Below, piece after piece: positions 9,048 through 19,022 of a stretch of DNA of 64,000 nucleotides. A model generated the notes under the pieces. The model worked only from the letters and a program-made list of their open reading frames with translations, was not told where the DNA came from and did no database searches. The translations under genes were made by a program, and so were the position numbers. Origin of the DNA: Dehalococcoidia bacterium (GTDB lineage Bacteria > Chloroflexota > Dehalococcoidia > UBA2979); the NCBI GenBank assembly GCA_964291495.2, contig OZ219871.1:1216001-1280000 (forward strand), written 5' to 3'. Each line of letters begins with the position of its first letter. Position 1 is the first letter of the stretch.

Positions 9048-9893
9048 TTACACGCCGATCTCGCCGCGCTGGAACGCCTCGATGGTGGCGCGCAGGCCGT
9101 CGCGGGTGATGCGGCGGTTCATCTCGTGCACGGCGTCCGAGTGGTGCGCCGTGACGTTGACGTCGACGGACTGCAGCATCGCCTCGCGGAAGCCACGCAG
9201 GTCCTGCGTGCGGTTTATCGCGCGCTTCTGCAGGGTCAGGATGTCGCGAGGCGTCCTCGCGAGCCGCTGCGCGTACTCCTCGACGGCCTCGTCGAGCTCG
9301 TCTGGCGGGAAGGCGCGGTTGAAGAGGCCGATCCGCACGGCCTCCGTGCCGTCGATGATCGAGCCGGTGTTGAAGAACAGCTCCTTCGTCTTCTTCGGGC
9401 CGATCAGCCAGGCCCAGTAGACGGAGTTGAAGCCCGCGCCGAGCGGCAGCTGCGGCGCGCCCACCCGCGCATCCGCGGCGACAAAGGTGATGTCGCAGAC
9501 GGCGGCGAGCTGGACGGCGCGCCCGAGGCAGTAGCCGTGCACCTTCGCGATCACCGGCAGCGGCGAGTCCCAGATGCGGAAGTAGCGCTGCAGGTTCAGC
9601 TCGCGACCGGCGCGGTCGTCGACGGTCGAGGTCGGGACCGGGTGGCCGGAGGCCTCGTCGCGCTTGGTGTCGGCTCCGGCGGAGAAGGAGCGGCCGGCGC
9701 CCGCGATGACGGCGCAGTGGACGCCCTCGTCGGCGGCGGCGCGATCGAGGAGCGCCAGCAGCTCGTCGTCGAGCGCCGGGCTGATCGCGTTGAGGCGGTC
9801 CTGGCGGTCGATCGTGAGGGTGGCGACGCGGCCGTCGACCTCGTAGCGGACGAAGCCCTCGAGCGGCGCGTCGCCGGCAGTCTCAGCGCTCAC
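9048..9893 (-). CDS. Enoyl-CoA hydratase/isomerase family protein
   Basis: GRSFSAGAD, PVIAKVHGYCLG motifs. Confidence 0.88.
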   Translation of the reverse strand: MSAETAGDAPLEGFVRYEVDGRVATLTIDRQDRLNAISPALDDELLALLDRAAADEGVHCAVIAGAGRSFSAGADTKRDEASGHPVPTSTVDDRAGRELNLQRYFRIWDSPLPVIAKVHGYCLGRAVQLAAVCDITFVAADARVGAPQLPLGAGFNSVYWAWLIGPKKTKELFFNTGSIIDGTEAVRIGLFNRAFPPDELDEAVEEYAQRLARTPRDILTLQKRAINRTQDLRGFREAMLQSVDVNVTAHHSDAVHEMNRRITRDGLRATIEAFQRGEIGV

Positions 9894-9952
9894 GCGCCAA
9901 CCCCTCTCCAGTTCGGTCTCCGCTGCGGCTCCGGGTCTGCGATGATAGCGAG

Positions 9953-10507
9953 GTGAGCGAGAACCTGGTCGGCAAGCTGTTGGTCGCGACGCCGCTGCTG
10001 CAGGATCCGAACTTCGTGCGCACGGTGGTGCTGATCTGCCAGGAGAACGAGGACGGCTACCTCGGCCTGATCCTCAACCGGCCGCTGGAAGCCACGGTCG
10101 CCGAGCACCTGCCGGAGTGGGAGCACCTCGTGTCCGCGCCGGCCCGCATCTTCGAGGGCGGCCCCGTGCAGCGCGAGGTCGCGCTCGCCCTCGGCCGCCG
10201 CAGCGACGGCGGCGCGGACGGCGGCTGGACGGCGGTGGGCGAGCAGCTGGGGCTGCTCGATCTGCGCGGCACGCCCTCGGAGCTGTGGGGCGTGGTCGAG
10301 GAGCTGCGCATCTTCAGCGGCTACTCCGGCTGGGGCGCCGGGCAGCTACAGGGCGAGCTGCGCGAGCAGGCCTGGTTCGTCGTCGACGCCGAGCCGGGCG
10401 ACCCGTTCGCCGAGGACAGCGAGGGCATGTGGCGGCAGGTGCTGCGCCGCCAGCCCGGCAACCTCGCGATGTTCGCCGACTTCCCGCCCGATCCGGCCCT
10501 GAACTGA
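9953..10507 (+). CDS. YqgE/AlgH (DUF179) family protein
   Basis: LLVATP.L.DPNF.RTVVLIC, GGPV, GYSGWGAGQL..E. Confidence 0.92.
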   Translation: MSENLVGKLLVATPLLQDPNFVRTVVLICQENEDGYLGLILNRPLEATVAEHLPEWEHLVSAPARIFEGGPVQREVALALGRRSDGGADGGWTAVGEQLGLLDLRGTPSELWGVVEELRIFSGYSGWGAGQLQGELREQAWFVVDAEPGDPFAEDSEGMWRQVLRRQPGNLAMFADFPPDPALN

Positions 10508-10514
10508 CTCGCCG

Positions 10515-11723
10515 CTACGAGGCGAGCAGCAGCGGGATGCGGATCTCCTCAGGCCGCAGCCCGGAGTGGTGCGAGGCGTGGCGCAGCAGCTCGCGCGCCC
10601 CGTTCGCGGGGTGGTAGCCCAGCACCTGCGCGCCTCGGGAGATCGCGACGAAGTCGCCGAGGCGCGCGGCCGTGAGCGGGCTCAGCGGCTCTGGTCCGAA
10701 CAGCCGCAGCTCGTCCACCTCCTGCGTCGTCAGCAGCAGGAACGCCTCGCCGAAGCGCTCGCGGAAGCGGGCGGCGAACGTCTCGTGGGCGCCGGGCCGC
10801 ACGCGGAAGTGCAGCACGCGCGAGTCGCCGGCGGGCTCGGCGGCGAGCAGCTCCGGGATCCCATCGTCCTCGCGGATCAGCAGCACCTCGTCCTCGGTCA
10901 CGCCGAGGTGCCCGTGATCGGCGCTCAGCGCGACCACGGCCTGGCCGTGCAGCTCTTTCGCAAGCAGGCCGAACACCTGGTTGATGCCGTGCAGCGCCTG
11001 GGTCGCCTCGGGGCTCCACGGGCCGTGCTCGTGCGCCGCGTGGTCGAGATGCGGGATGTAGAGGTAGACGAAGCTGGGCCCGTCGGCCCCGAGGACGGCC
11101 TTGATGGTCTGCTCCACGCCCTCGGCGAGCGTCTCATAGCCGCTCGCGGGCTCGCCGCCCGTGCCGTAACGCGAGTAGACGCTGCCGGCGATCGCCTGCG
11201 GCACGAGGACCAGCGTGTCGCGCGTCATCCTCGGCGTGAGCGCGGGGAGCGGGAACAGATCCTCGGGCCGCACGCCGAGCTCGGCGAGCGATCGATCGTC
11301 GCGGCGGCGCACGTATGGAAGGACGGTGGCCGGCCCGCCGATCGCCTCGACATGCGTCCACCAGCCGGTGACGGCGTGCCGCGCCGGCCACTCGCCGGTC
11401 ATCAGCGTGGTCAGCGCCACGACCGTGGAGGCGGGGAAGATCGCCCGCAACTCCATCGCGAGGTGCGCGCGCAGCACGTTCGCGCCGTCGCCGCCCTGCT
11501 CGATCATGTCGAGCCCGAGCCCGTCGGCGAGCACGAGCACGATGTGCTCGCGCTGCTCGAGCCGTTCGGCGATGGTTTGCGCGTTCGCGCTTCGCGGGAC
11601 GCCCCGTACGCCGCAGGCGGCGCCGACGGCGCGGGAGAGGTCGAGGAAGTTCGGGACATCGGGGTCGGGGCGAAGCAGCTCGCCTGCCTCGAACGCCGCG
11701 AGCAGTGCATCGACATCGCTCAT
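10515..11723 (-). CDS. Alkaline phosphatase superfamily (type I phosphodiesterase/nucleotide pyrophosphatase)
   Basis: LVLADGLG, FPASTVVALTT, LDHAAHEHG, SADHGH, HSGL motifs; AGGAGG RBS. Confidence 0.85.
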   Translation of the reverse strand: MSDVDALLAAFEAGELLRPDPDVPNFLDLSRAVGAACGVRGVPRSANAQTIAERLEQREHIVLVLADGLGLDMIEQGGDGANVLRAHLAMELRAIFPASTVVALTTLMTGEWPARHAVTGWWTHVEAIGGPATVLPYVRRRDDRSLAELGVRPEDLFPLPALTPRMTRDTLVLVPQAIAGSVYSRYGTGGEPASGYETLAEGVEQTIKAVLGADGPSFVYLYIPHLDHAAHEHGPWSPEATQALHGINQVFGLLAKELHGQAVVALSADHGHLGVTEDEVLLIREDDGIPELLAAEPAGDSRVLHFRVRPGAHETFAARFRERFGEAFLLLTTQEVDELRLFGPEPLSPLTAARLGDFVAISRGAQVLGYHPANGARELLRHASHHSGLRPEEIRIPLLLAS

Positions 11724-11865
11724 CGGCGTCCTCCTGTCACCACCATCATGGCCCGCAGCGCGGAGGTTGAACAGCGGCAGCCGGGCAGGGCGACGGCGCG
11801 CCGCGCTCAAGGCGCGCTGCGGCTATGCTGGCGGTCGCGATCCGGGCAGCGAGGAGGAGGGCGAC

Positions 11866-12930
11866 ATGCTGAAGCTGGCGATCTCGTGCGGCGGCGCGAC
11901 CTACGCGATCCAGGACTTCGATGAGACGGCGATCTACGCCCAGGAGGCGGAGAAGATCGGCATCGACACGATCTGGACCGCCGAGGCCTGGATCCACGAC
12001 GCGATCACGCCGCTCGCCTTCCTCGCGGGCAAGACGGAGCGCGTGCGCCTGGGCACGGGCATCATGCAGGTCGGCGCGCGCACGCCGGCGATGGCCGCAA
12101 TGACGGCGATGACGATGACGCGGCTGACCGGCGGGCGCTTCATCATGGGCTTCGGCACATCCGGCCCGCAGGTGATCGAGGGCTGGCACGGCATCTCCTT
12201 CGACCGCCCGATCGCGCGCACGCGCGAGTACATCGAGGTGGTCCGCCGCGCGATCAGCGGCGAGCCGCTGACCTACGAGGGCGAGTTCTACACGCTGCCG
12301 CTGCCCGGCGGAGACGGCAAGGCGCTGCGCCCGACCGGGGCGGCGACGCCGGACGTGCCGATCTGGATCGCCTCGATCGGCCCTCGCAACCTGGAGCTGA
12401 CCGGCGAGCTGGCGGACGGCTGGCTGGGCACGGTCTTCATCCCGGAGGAAGCGGAGCTGTTCTTCTCCCACATCCGCACCGGCGCCGAGCGGGTCGGCCG
12501 CAGCTTCGACGACATCGAGACGCAGGCGGGGGCAGGCGTCTGGTTCACCGAGGACGACGAGCAGTACAACCAGGCGCTGGAGGCGCTCAGCGTCGGCGTC
12601 GCGTTCAGCCTCGGCGGGATGGGCTCGCGCCGCTACAACTTCTACAACCGCGCCTACGCCCGCCAGGGCTACGCCGACGAGGCGAAGCTGGTGCAGAACC
12701 TCTGGCTCGACGGCAAGCGCGACGAGGCGCGCGCGGCCGTGCCTCGCGAGCTGGCCGGCAAGGTCAATCTCGTCGGCGACGACGCGATGGTGAAGGAGCG
12801 GCTGCGCCTCTACCGCGACATCGGGATGGACATGATCTTCGTCTCGCCGCACGGCGACACGGTCGAGGAGCGCCTCGAGACGCTCGGCCGCGTGATGGAC
12901 CTGACGAACGCCGTCAACGCGGAGGAGTAG
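11866..12930 (+). CDS. LLM-class F420-dependent oxidoreductase
   Basis: WTAEAW..DA, LGTGIMQVGARTPAM, GTSGPQVIEGWHG; GGAGGAGG RBS. Confidence 0.9.
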   Translation: MLKLAISCGGATYAIQDFDETAIYAQEAEKIGIDTIWTAEAWIHDAITPLAFLAGKTERVRLGTGIMQVGARTPAMAAMTAMTMTRLTGGRFIMGFGTSGPQVIEGWHGISFDRPIARTREYIEVVRRAISGEPLTYEGEFYTLPLPGGDGKALRPTGAATPDVPIWIASIGPRNLELTGELADGWLGTVFIPEEAELFFSHIRTGAERVGRSFDDIETQAGAGVWFTEDDEQYNQALEALSVGVAFSLGGMGSRRYNFYNRAYARQGYADEAKLVQNLWLDGKRDEARAAVPRELAGKVNLVGDDAMVKERLRLYRDIGMDMIFVSPHGDTVEERLETLGRVMDLTNAVNAEE

Positions 12931-14275
12931 CCGGCGGAGACGCCTCCGGCGGTTGCGCGTCGTCCGAGGGCGAGGTGATGCGCAGCCGCTCGCGCGCGGC
13001 GATCTCCGCCCAGGTCGGGCGGCGCACCAGCGCGACGCAGAGCGCGGACACCATCACGAGCCCGCCGAAGATCATGAAGATGCCCTGGTAGGTGCCCGTA
13101 CGGTCGAAGACGATGCCGGCGATGATCGGGAACGCTACCCCGAACGGCATCTGCGTCATCATCGCGAGCCCCCGGATCGTCGAGAACCGCGCCGAGCCGA
13201 AGTAGTCGGCGATCAGGGTCATGAAGAGCACGACGTAGAGGCCGTGCCCGAAGACGTAGAACGGGTAGAAGATCGCGAGCATCCAGGCGCGCTCGGACGT
13301 CACGTGGGCGAAGATGATCAGCCCAATGCCCTGCGCCAGGAAGCAGGCGATGTACGCACGCTTGCGCCCGAGGAAGTCCGCGACGTAGCCGAAGAAGAAG
13401 CGCCCCGGCACCTGCAGCGCGCCGTACGCCGCGACGGCGAGGCCGGCATGCACCGCCGAGAATCCGACGTTCTGGAGATGCGGCACCTGGTGCACGATCC
13501 AGACGTTCTGCGTGGTGCCGCCGAAGGTGATCGCCGCCGCCAGCAGGTAGATGGCGGGCGTGCGCAGCGCCTCGGCGACGGACATCCCGCTCGTCGAGGC
13601 GAGGTGCGCGACCTGGTCTCCCCGCCGCTCCGCCTCCTCGGGGGAGATGCCGTCCGGGTACATCCCGTACGGCTCCGGGCGGTCGCGCAACACGAAGGCC
13701 ATCGGCAGGCCGATGGAGAGGATGGCGAAGGCGGCGATCACGAGCGTCGCGCGCCACCCGAACTGCACGATCAGCGTGGCGACGATGGGCGCCATCATGT
13801 AGCCGGCAGCGTTGCCCGAGAAGAGCAGGCCCATCGCGCGCGGGCGGCCTCGCTGGAACCAGTTCATGACCGCAGCCGAGAACGGCGTGAACCCGCTCGC
13901 GCTCTGACCGACCGCGATCACGAGGCTCGCGGAGTAGTAGTGCCAGATCGTCTGCGCGGAGGCGAAGTAGAGCATCCCGACGAAGACGATCAGCAGGCCG
14001 CCAATCGCCATCCGCCGCGGCCCTAAACGGTCCACGAGGTAGCCGGTGAACGGGGCCATCAGCCCGGACTCGAAGGCGCGCAGCGAGTAGCCGATCGTGA
14101 TCGCCGCGACGGTCCAGCCCATCTCGTCGCGGATCGGCTCGATGAAGACGCCGAAGCTGAACCCGATGACGCCGCCGGCGAGGAGATTCGTCGTTCCGCC
14201 GGCCAGCACGATGTACCAGCCGTAGAACAGCGGACCGCCCGTCAGCCGGTTGACGACGCGCGCGAGCGCCCTCAC
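12914..14275 (-). CDS. MFS transporter
   Basis: About 12 hydrophobic segments; GYLVDRLGPRR and GYVADFLGRKR motif A repeats. Confidence 0.9.
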   Translation of the reverse strand: MRALARVVNRLTGGPLFYGWYIVLAGGTTNLLAGGVIGFSFGVFIEPIRDEMGWTVAAITIGYSLRAFESGLMAPFTGYLVDRLGPRRMAIGGLLIVFVGMLYFASAQTIWHYYSASLVIAVGQSASGFTPFSAAVMNWFQRGRPRAMGLLFSGNAAGYMMAPIVATLIVQFGWRATLVIAAFAILSIGLPMAFVLRDRPEPYGMYPDGISPEEAERRGDQVAHLASTSGMSVAEALRTPAIYLLAAAITFGGTTQNVWIVHQVPHLQNVGFSAVHAGLAVAAYGALQVPGRFFFGYVADFLGRKRAYIACFLAQGIGLIIFAHVTSERAWMLAIFYPFYVFGHGLYVVLFMTLIADYFGSARFSTIRGLAMMTQMPFGVAFPIIAGIVFDRTGTYQGIFMIFGGLVMVSALCVALVRRPTWAEIAARERLRITSPSDDAQPPEASPPATPPR

Positions 14276-14398
14276 GACCGTCCCATGGGCCGCGCCCTCC
14301 GGTTCCCGTTCGAGTTCATGGCCGGCGTCACGCCAATGCTAGCGGAGGGTCCTCGCGCACAACAGGCGCGCCGCTATAGTCCCGCGGGGAGGTGGCGC

Positions 14399-15231
14399 AT
14401 GAGTGGACGGCTCGAAGGCAAGCGGGCGGTAATCACAGGCGCGGCGAACGGCCTCGGCCGCGCCTGCGCGGAGCGCTTCGCCGAGGAAGGCGCGTCGATC
14501 GTCGTCGCCGACCTGCTGGCGGACGGCGCGGAGGAGGTCACCGAGGCGATCCGCGCGGCCGGCGGCTCGGCCGTCGCCGTGCAGGTCGACACACGCCGCG
14601 ACGAAAGCAACGCCGCGCTGGCGAAGAGCGCCGTCGACGCCTTCGGCGGCATCGACATCGTGATCCCGGCCGCCGGGGTGGCGCACCCCGGCTACGTCAC
14701 CAACGACGTCGAGCACAACGCGCAGCACCTGGCGGCCTTCGCCGAGGATCCCCTGGCCCACAGCTTCATCTACCAGCCGCTGGAGATGTGGGACTACGTC
14801 ATGGACGTGAACCTGACCGGCGTGCTGCTCACGCTGCGCCACACGCTGCGACCGATGATCGAGGCCGGCGAGGGCGGCGCCGTCGTCACGATCGCCTCGA
14901 TCCTCGCGAAGCTGCCCGTGGCGCAACCTCGGCCGCCTACCAGGTGGCGAAGGCGGGTGTCTGGATGCTGACCAAGTCGATGGCGCCGGAGCTCGCGAAG
15001 CACGACATCCGCATCAACGCGATCGGGCCCGGCTACTTCGAGACCTCGATGACGGAGATGCTCCGCCAGGACGAGGCGACGGAGCAGGCGGTGCTGGGGA
15101 TGGTGCCGCTGGGCCGCATGGGCACGCCGCGCGAGCTGGCCAACACCGCGCTCTTCCTCGCCAGCGAGGAGTCCTCGTACTTCACGGGTCAGCTGCTGAT
15201 CCCGGACGGCGGCTGGTTCCCGACGGCGTAG
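14399..15231 (+). pseudogene. Short-chain dehydrogenase/reductase with a frameshift near 14915 (pseudogene or sequence error)
   Basis: N-half (TGAANGLG, VNLTG) is in ORF 14285-14971; C-half (YQVAK, IRINAIGPG, PLGRMG, DGG) is in ORF 14392-15231; they join by a -1 shift around CTGCCCGTGGCG. Confidence 0.8.
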
Positions 15232-15236
15232 CCCGG

Positions 15237-15698
15237 CTAGAGGAGCGCCGCGAGGCCGAGCGAGACCGCGCCGAGGATCAGCACGAGCGAGGCGGCGGCA
15301 GCCCAGAGCGAGAGCAGCCAGTACCACGGCGCGGCGATCATTCCGGCCCCGCGCTCGCGCAGCGCGAGGCGCAGCGTGCGCGCCATCAGCCGTCCGTCGT
15401 CCGACCACGGCTCGCCGCGCACCACGGCCTCGCCGAGCTGCTGCCGCAGCTCGTCGAGCATCGCGGCGGTGCGGTAGAGCGTGCGCGCGAGATGGACGAG
15501 CAGGAGGCCGGGCAGCAGCAGCGCGGCGGCGATGACCGCTGCGAGGGCGTACTCCACCGGCGCCGCAGGGCCCTCGCGACCCGCGATCAGCCACCAGACG
15601 AGCGCGCCCGCCACGAGCGAGGCGAACGCAAGGAGCTCGATGGCGCGCAGGCCGCGCCGCGCGAGCCTCACGGGATCGGCTACCCGCCAGCTATGCAT
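15237..15698 (-). CDS. Hypothetical membrane protein (about 3 TM)
   Basis: Hydrophobic stretches; fills the gap between SDR and cupin; start uncertain. Confidence 0.5.
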   Translation of the reverse strand: MHSWRVADPVRLARRGLRAIELLAFASLVAGALVWWLIAGREGPAAPVEYALAAVIAAALLLPGLLLVHLARTLYRTAAMLDELRQQLGEAVVRGEPWSDDGRLMARTLRLALRERGAGMIAAPWYWLLSLWAAAASLVLILGAVSLGLAALL

Positions 15699-15786
15699 CC
15701 GTCACCACCAGTGCGCCTCCCGGCGAGACGATCCGGACGCCCGCCGGACGCTAGACTGCGGCAATCACCCGGAGGGAGGCAACGCC

Positions 15787-16128
15787 GTGGGCACATACCG
15801 CCTGTACACCGGAAGCGACGGCGAGTCTCACGTCGAGACCATCGACCTGGCGGAGACCCCCGAGTGGACGGCTGGTCTGGACACCACGGCCATCCGCTTC
15901 CGGGAGGACTCCCCGGGGCGGTTCGTGGACTGGCACCCGGCGCCGCGCCGGCAGTTCGTCATCATCCTCTCCGGTCAGCTCGAGATCGGGCTGAGCGACG
16001 GGTCGACGCACGTGTTCGGCCCCGGCGACGCGCGGCTGGTCGAGGACACGACCGGCAAGGGCCACACCACAGCGGTGCACGGCGACGAGCCCTGCGTAAC
16101 GGCCACCATCCCCCTCGCCAACCAGTAG
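15787..16128 (+). CDS. Cupin-like protein
   Basis: GTG start after GGAGG; YRLYTGSDGESH...WHPAPRRQF...EDTTGKGH; paralog of 1255. Confidence 0.8.
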   Translation: MGTYRLYTGSDGESHVETIDLAETPEWTAGLDTTAIRFREDSPGRFVDWHPAPRRQFVIILSGQLEIGLSDGSTHVFGPGDARLVEDTTGKGHTTAVHGDEPCVTATIPLANQ

Positions 16129-16287
16129 CACCCTCCCAATCCCCGGCGGGCCGGGCAGCGCGCGCGACTCCGCCTCGAATCTACCTAAATCGACGGCTCG
16201 ATTCGGCAGTTTCGAGGCCGCCCGGTTGTCGCTTCGCGGACGTTGGCGGAAGCTCGCGAGGGCGTCCAACCGGCGAGGGGACCAGGC

Positions 16288-17322
16288 ATGCGCTATCGCA
16301 CGATCGCGGGCACGGACATCTCGGTCTCTGAGCTCGGCTTCGGCGTCTGGACCGTCGCCGCTGGCTGGTGGGGCGACTACAGCGACGAGCAGGCCGTGAC
16401 GCTGCTGCGGCAGGGCCATGAGCGCGGCATCAACTTCTTCGACACCGCCGACACCTACGGCAACGGCCGTGGCGAAACCATCCTCGCCGAGGCCTTCCCC
16501 GGCGCCGAGCGCGACAAGATCGTGATCGCCACCAAGTTCGGGTACGACTGGGAGTCGCAGATCGGCAAGCGCCGCGAGGGCCACCAGGAGGCCCCGCACT
16601 GCTTCGAGCCGGACTTCCTGCAGCGCGCGCTGGACGGCTCGCTGCGCCGTCTCGGCACCGACCGCATCGACCTCTGGCAGCTGCACAACGTGCGCATGGA
16701 GCACCTCGAGCGCGACGACGTCTGGAGCTTCCTCGACCGCGTGCGCCGCGAGGGCAAGGTGCGCAGCGTCGGCGCCGCGCTCGGCCCGGCGATCGGCTGG
16801 CGCGAGGAGGGGCTGTACGCCCTCGCCGAGCGGCAGGTCGAGGTCGTGCACATGATCTACAACGCGCTCGAACTGGACCCCGGCCGCGAGCTGATCGCGG
16901 CGGCGCGCGCGGCCGGACGCTCGCTGATGGTGCGGGTGCCGCACTCCTCGGGGATGCTCGAGGGCAAGTACACCGTGGACACGGTCTTCGACGAGAACGA
17001 CCACCGCCGCCACCGCCCGCGCGCCTGGCTGATCAACGGCCTCAAGAAGATCGAGCAGCTCGACTTCCTCACCGAGACGACGGGCGGCGTGCTCGGGCAG
17101 GCGGCCCTGCGCTACATCCTCAAGGACCCGGAGATCGTCTGCACGCTGCCCAACATCTACGGCCTCGAGCAGATCGAGGAGTTCGCGGGCGCCTCGGACT
17201 GCGGCGACGTGACTCCCGAGGTCGCCGCGCGCATCGAGGCGCTGTACGACTCCAACTACGGCCTGCCGGTCGAGCAAGAGGCCGCCGTGACGGCGGCGGC
17301 CGGAGGACGGGAATCGCGATGA
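16288..17322 (+). CDS. Aldo/keto reductase
   Basis: GINFFDTADTYG, IATKFG, SLRRLGTDRIDLWQLH. Confidence 0.92.
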   Translation: MRYRTIAGTDISVSELGFGVWTVAAGWWGDYSDEQAVTLLRQGHERGINFFDTADTYGNGRGETILAEAFPGAERDKIVIATKFGYDWESQIGKRREGHQEAPHCFEPDFLQRALDGSLRRLGTDRIDLWQLHNVRMEHLERDDVWSFLDRVRREGKVRSVGAALGPAIGWREEGLYALAERQVEVVHMIYNALELDPGRELIAAARAAGRSLMVRVPHSSGMLEGKYTVDTVFDENDHRRHRPRAWLINGLKKIEQLDFLTETTGGVLGQAALRYILKDPEIVCTLPNIYGLEQIEEFAGASDCGDVTPEVAARIEALYDSNYGLPVEQEAAVTAAAGGRESR

Positions 17323-18122
17323 CGACGACCGAGGCCCACAGCGGCTCGCACCCGGCGTCCGGCTACCACTCACGGCCGGAGGCGGCGAGCGACGGCGCAC
17401 CGCGCAGCCCGCGCGGGGTGCAGTCGGTGAAGTTCAGCTTCTACCGCGTGCGCGACGAGGTGCGCGCGCTCCCCGCGGCCGAGCGCGAGGCGATCGCCGA
17501 GGGCCTGGAGGAGCTGCTGGAGCGCTCGGCGACCTCGATGCTGACGCGGCTCTACTCGACGGTGGGGATGCGCGCGGACACGGACTTCCTCGTCTGGCAG
17601 GTCCACGACGACCTCGCGCCGATCCAGGACTGGCACGCGCTGCTGCTCGGGTCCGCGGCGGGCGCGGCGCTGGAGCGCCCGCACTCCCTCCTCTCGATGA
17701 CAATGCGCTCGATCTACACCAACCCGCTGCACGAGGGCTCGGGCGCGCGGGACCGGCTGCGCGAGGACGGCGGCGTGAAGGACTACCTCTTCGTCTACCC
17801 GATGGTGAAGACCCGCGCCTGGTACACGCTACCCCGCGACGAGCGGCAGCGGATCATGAACGAGCACATCGCGATCGGCCACCGTTATCACGACATCCAG
17901 ATCAACACGACCTATTCCTACGGCCTCGACGACCAGGAGTTCGTCGTCGCCTTCGAGGGCGACGACCCCGGCGAGTTCCTGGCGCTGGTGCGCGAGCTGC
18001 GCGATTCGGAGTCGTCCTCCTACACGGAGCGCGACACGCCGATGTTCACCTGCCGCCGCATCGACACGCCTCGCGAGCTGACGGCGCACGTCGGCCTGCG
18101 CGCTTCCGGGGGCGCCTCGTGA
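17319..18122 (+). CDS. Chlorite dismutase family, probable coproheme decarboxylase (ChdC/HemQ)
   Basis: YPMVK..WY.L...R..IM.EH...G...TYSYGLDDQEFVVAFE: ChdC-type Y-P-M-x-K plus proximal His; no Cld distal Arg evident. Confidence 0.8.
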   Translation: MTTTEAHSGSHPASGYHSRPEAASDGAPRSPRGVQSVKFSFYRVRDEVRALPAAEREAIAEGLEELLERSATSMLTRLYSTVGMRADTDFLVWQVHDDLAPIQDWHALLLGSAAGAALERPHSLLSMTMRSIYTNPLHEGSGARDRLREDGGVKDYLFVYPMVKTRAWYTLPRDERQRIMNEHIAIGHRYHDIQINTTYSYGLDDQEFVVAFEGDDPGEFLALVRELRDSESSSYTERDTPMFTCRRIDTPRELTAHVGLRASGGAS

Positions 18123-18421
18123 GCGTGCGGCTCGCAGCGCTGTTCACCGCCGCGCCCGGCGGCGAGCAGCGGCTGCGCGAGGTGCTGGTAGCAGACGCGC
18201 GCTCGACGCAGGACGACGCCGGCGCGGAGCGCTTCGAGCTGTTCGTGAGCGCCGAGAACGACCGCCGCCTGGTGCTGATCGAGCAGTGGCGGACGCAGGA
18301 GGATCTGGACGCGCACAAGACGCACGACCACCGCAACGAGACCCACGCCGCCCTGCACGGCGAAGACATCCTCGAGGATCTCGAAATCTGGATCTGCGAG
18401 CCGAGGGACGGCCCTGCATGA
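18119..18421 (+). CDS. ABM (antibiotic biosynthesis monooxygenase) domain protein 1
   Basis: LIEQW.T..DLDAH...H ferredoxin-like ABM pattern. Confidence 0.75.
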   Translation: MSVRLAALFTAAPGGEQRLREVLVADARSTQDDAGAERFELFVSAENDRRLVLIEQWRTQEDLDAHKTHDHRNETHAALHGEDILEDLEIWICEPRDGPA

Positions 18422-18714
18422 GCATCAAGCTGACCGTGTCGATCACCGCCAACCCGGAGGGCCGCGACCGGCTGCTTGAGATCCTCCGCGAGGACGTCGC
18501 CGGCAGCCGCGAGGAGCCGGGCAACACCCGCTTCGACCTCTACGTGCAGGACGACGACCCGAACCGCTTCGCGCTGATCGAGGAGTGGCCCAACCAGGAG
18601 GCGTTCAACCATCACATCCAGCAGGACTACCTGCTGAAGCTGCGCGAGGCCTTCGCGGACCCCGCGCTCTGCGCCGGGCGCGATGTCTGGCGGCTGGTGG
18701 AGGACGACGAGTGA
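18418..18714 (+). CDS. ABM domain protein 2
   Basis: SREEPGN..FDL..DDPNRF.LIEEW...AFNHH. Confidence 0.85.
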   Translation: MSIKLTVSITANPEGRDRLLEILREDVAGSREEPGNTRFDLYVQDDDPNRFALIEEWPNQEAFNHHIQQDYLLKLREAFADPALCAGRDVWRLVEDDE

Positions 18715-19022
18715 GCCTGCGCGCAACGGTCTTCCTCAACACGAACCCGGACGGGGTGGAGGGGGTGCTGGCCCTGCTGCGCGCCTACGCCGAGGCGGGC
18801 CCGAACGAGCCGGGGAACCTCCTCTTGCGGGTCGGCCAGGACATCCTCGATCCCTCGCGGTTCGTGATGTGCGAGGAGTGGGAGACACAGGAGGCGCTGG
18901 ACGCGCACATGGCGCACGACCACACCCGCGCGGTCCTCGCGGCGTTCGGCAACCCGGAGCTGATCACGGGGACCGAGATCTGGCAGAGCTTCGAGGTGGA
19001 ACCCTCCGGAGAGGCGGCATGA
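18711..19022 (+). CDS. ABM domain protein 3
   Basis: GTG start; EPGN...DPSRFVMCEEWETQEALDAHMAHDH. Confidence 0.85.
   Translation: MSLRATVFLNTNPDGVEGVLALLRAYAEAGPNEPGNLLLRVGQDILDPSRFVMCEEWETQEALDAHMAHDHTRAVLAAFGNPELITGTEIWQSFEVEPSGEAA

Noticed and set aside
7701-9956. Long alternative-frame ORFs (751 aa here; also 27470-29785, 42647-44947, 55630-57669, 57762-59819)
   Set aside because: Shadow ORFs typical of very high GC DNA; Arg/Ala/Pro-rich or antisense to well-supported genes.
14905-14935. Programmed -1 ribosomal frameshift in the SDR
   Set aside because: No X XXY YYZ slippery site; a simple indel is more parsimonious.
17319-18122. True chlorite dismutase (perchlorate/chlorite metabolism)
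   Set aside because: Has the ChdC-type YPMxK motif, lacks an evident distal Arg, and sits with an AhbAB-like gene.
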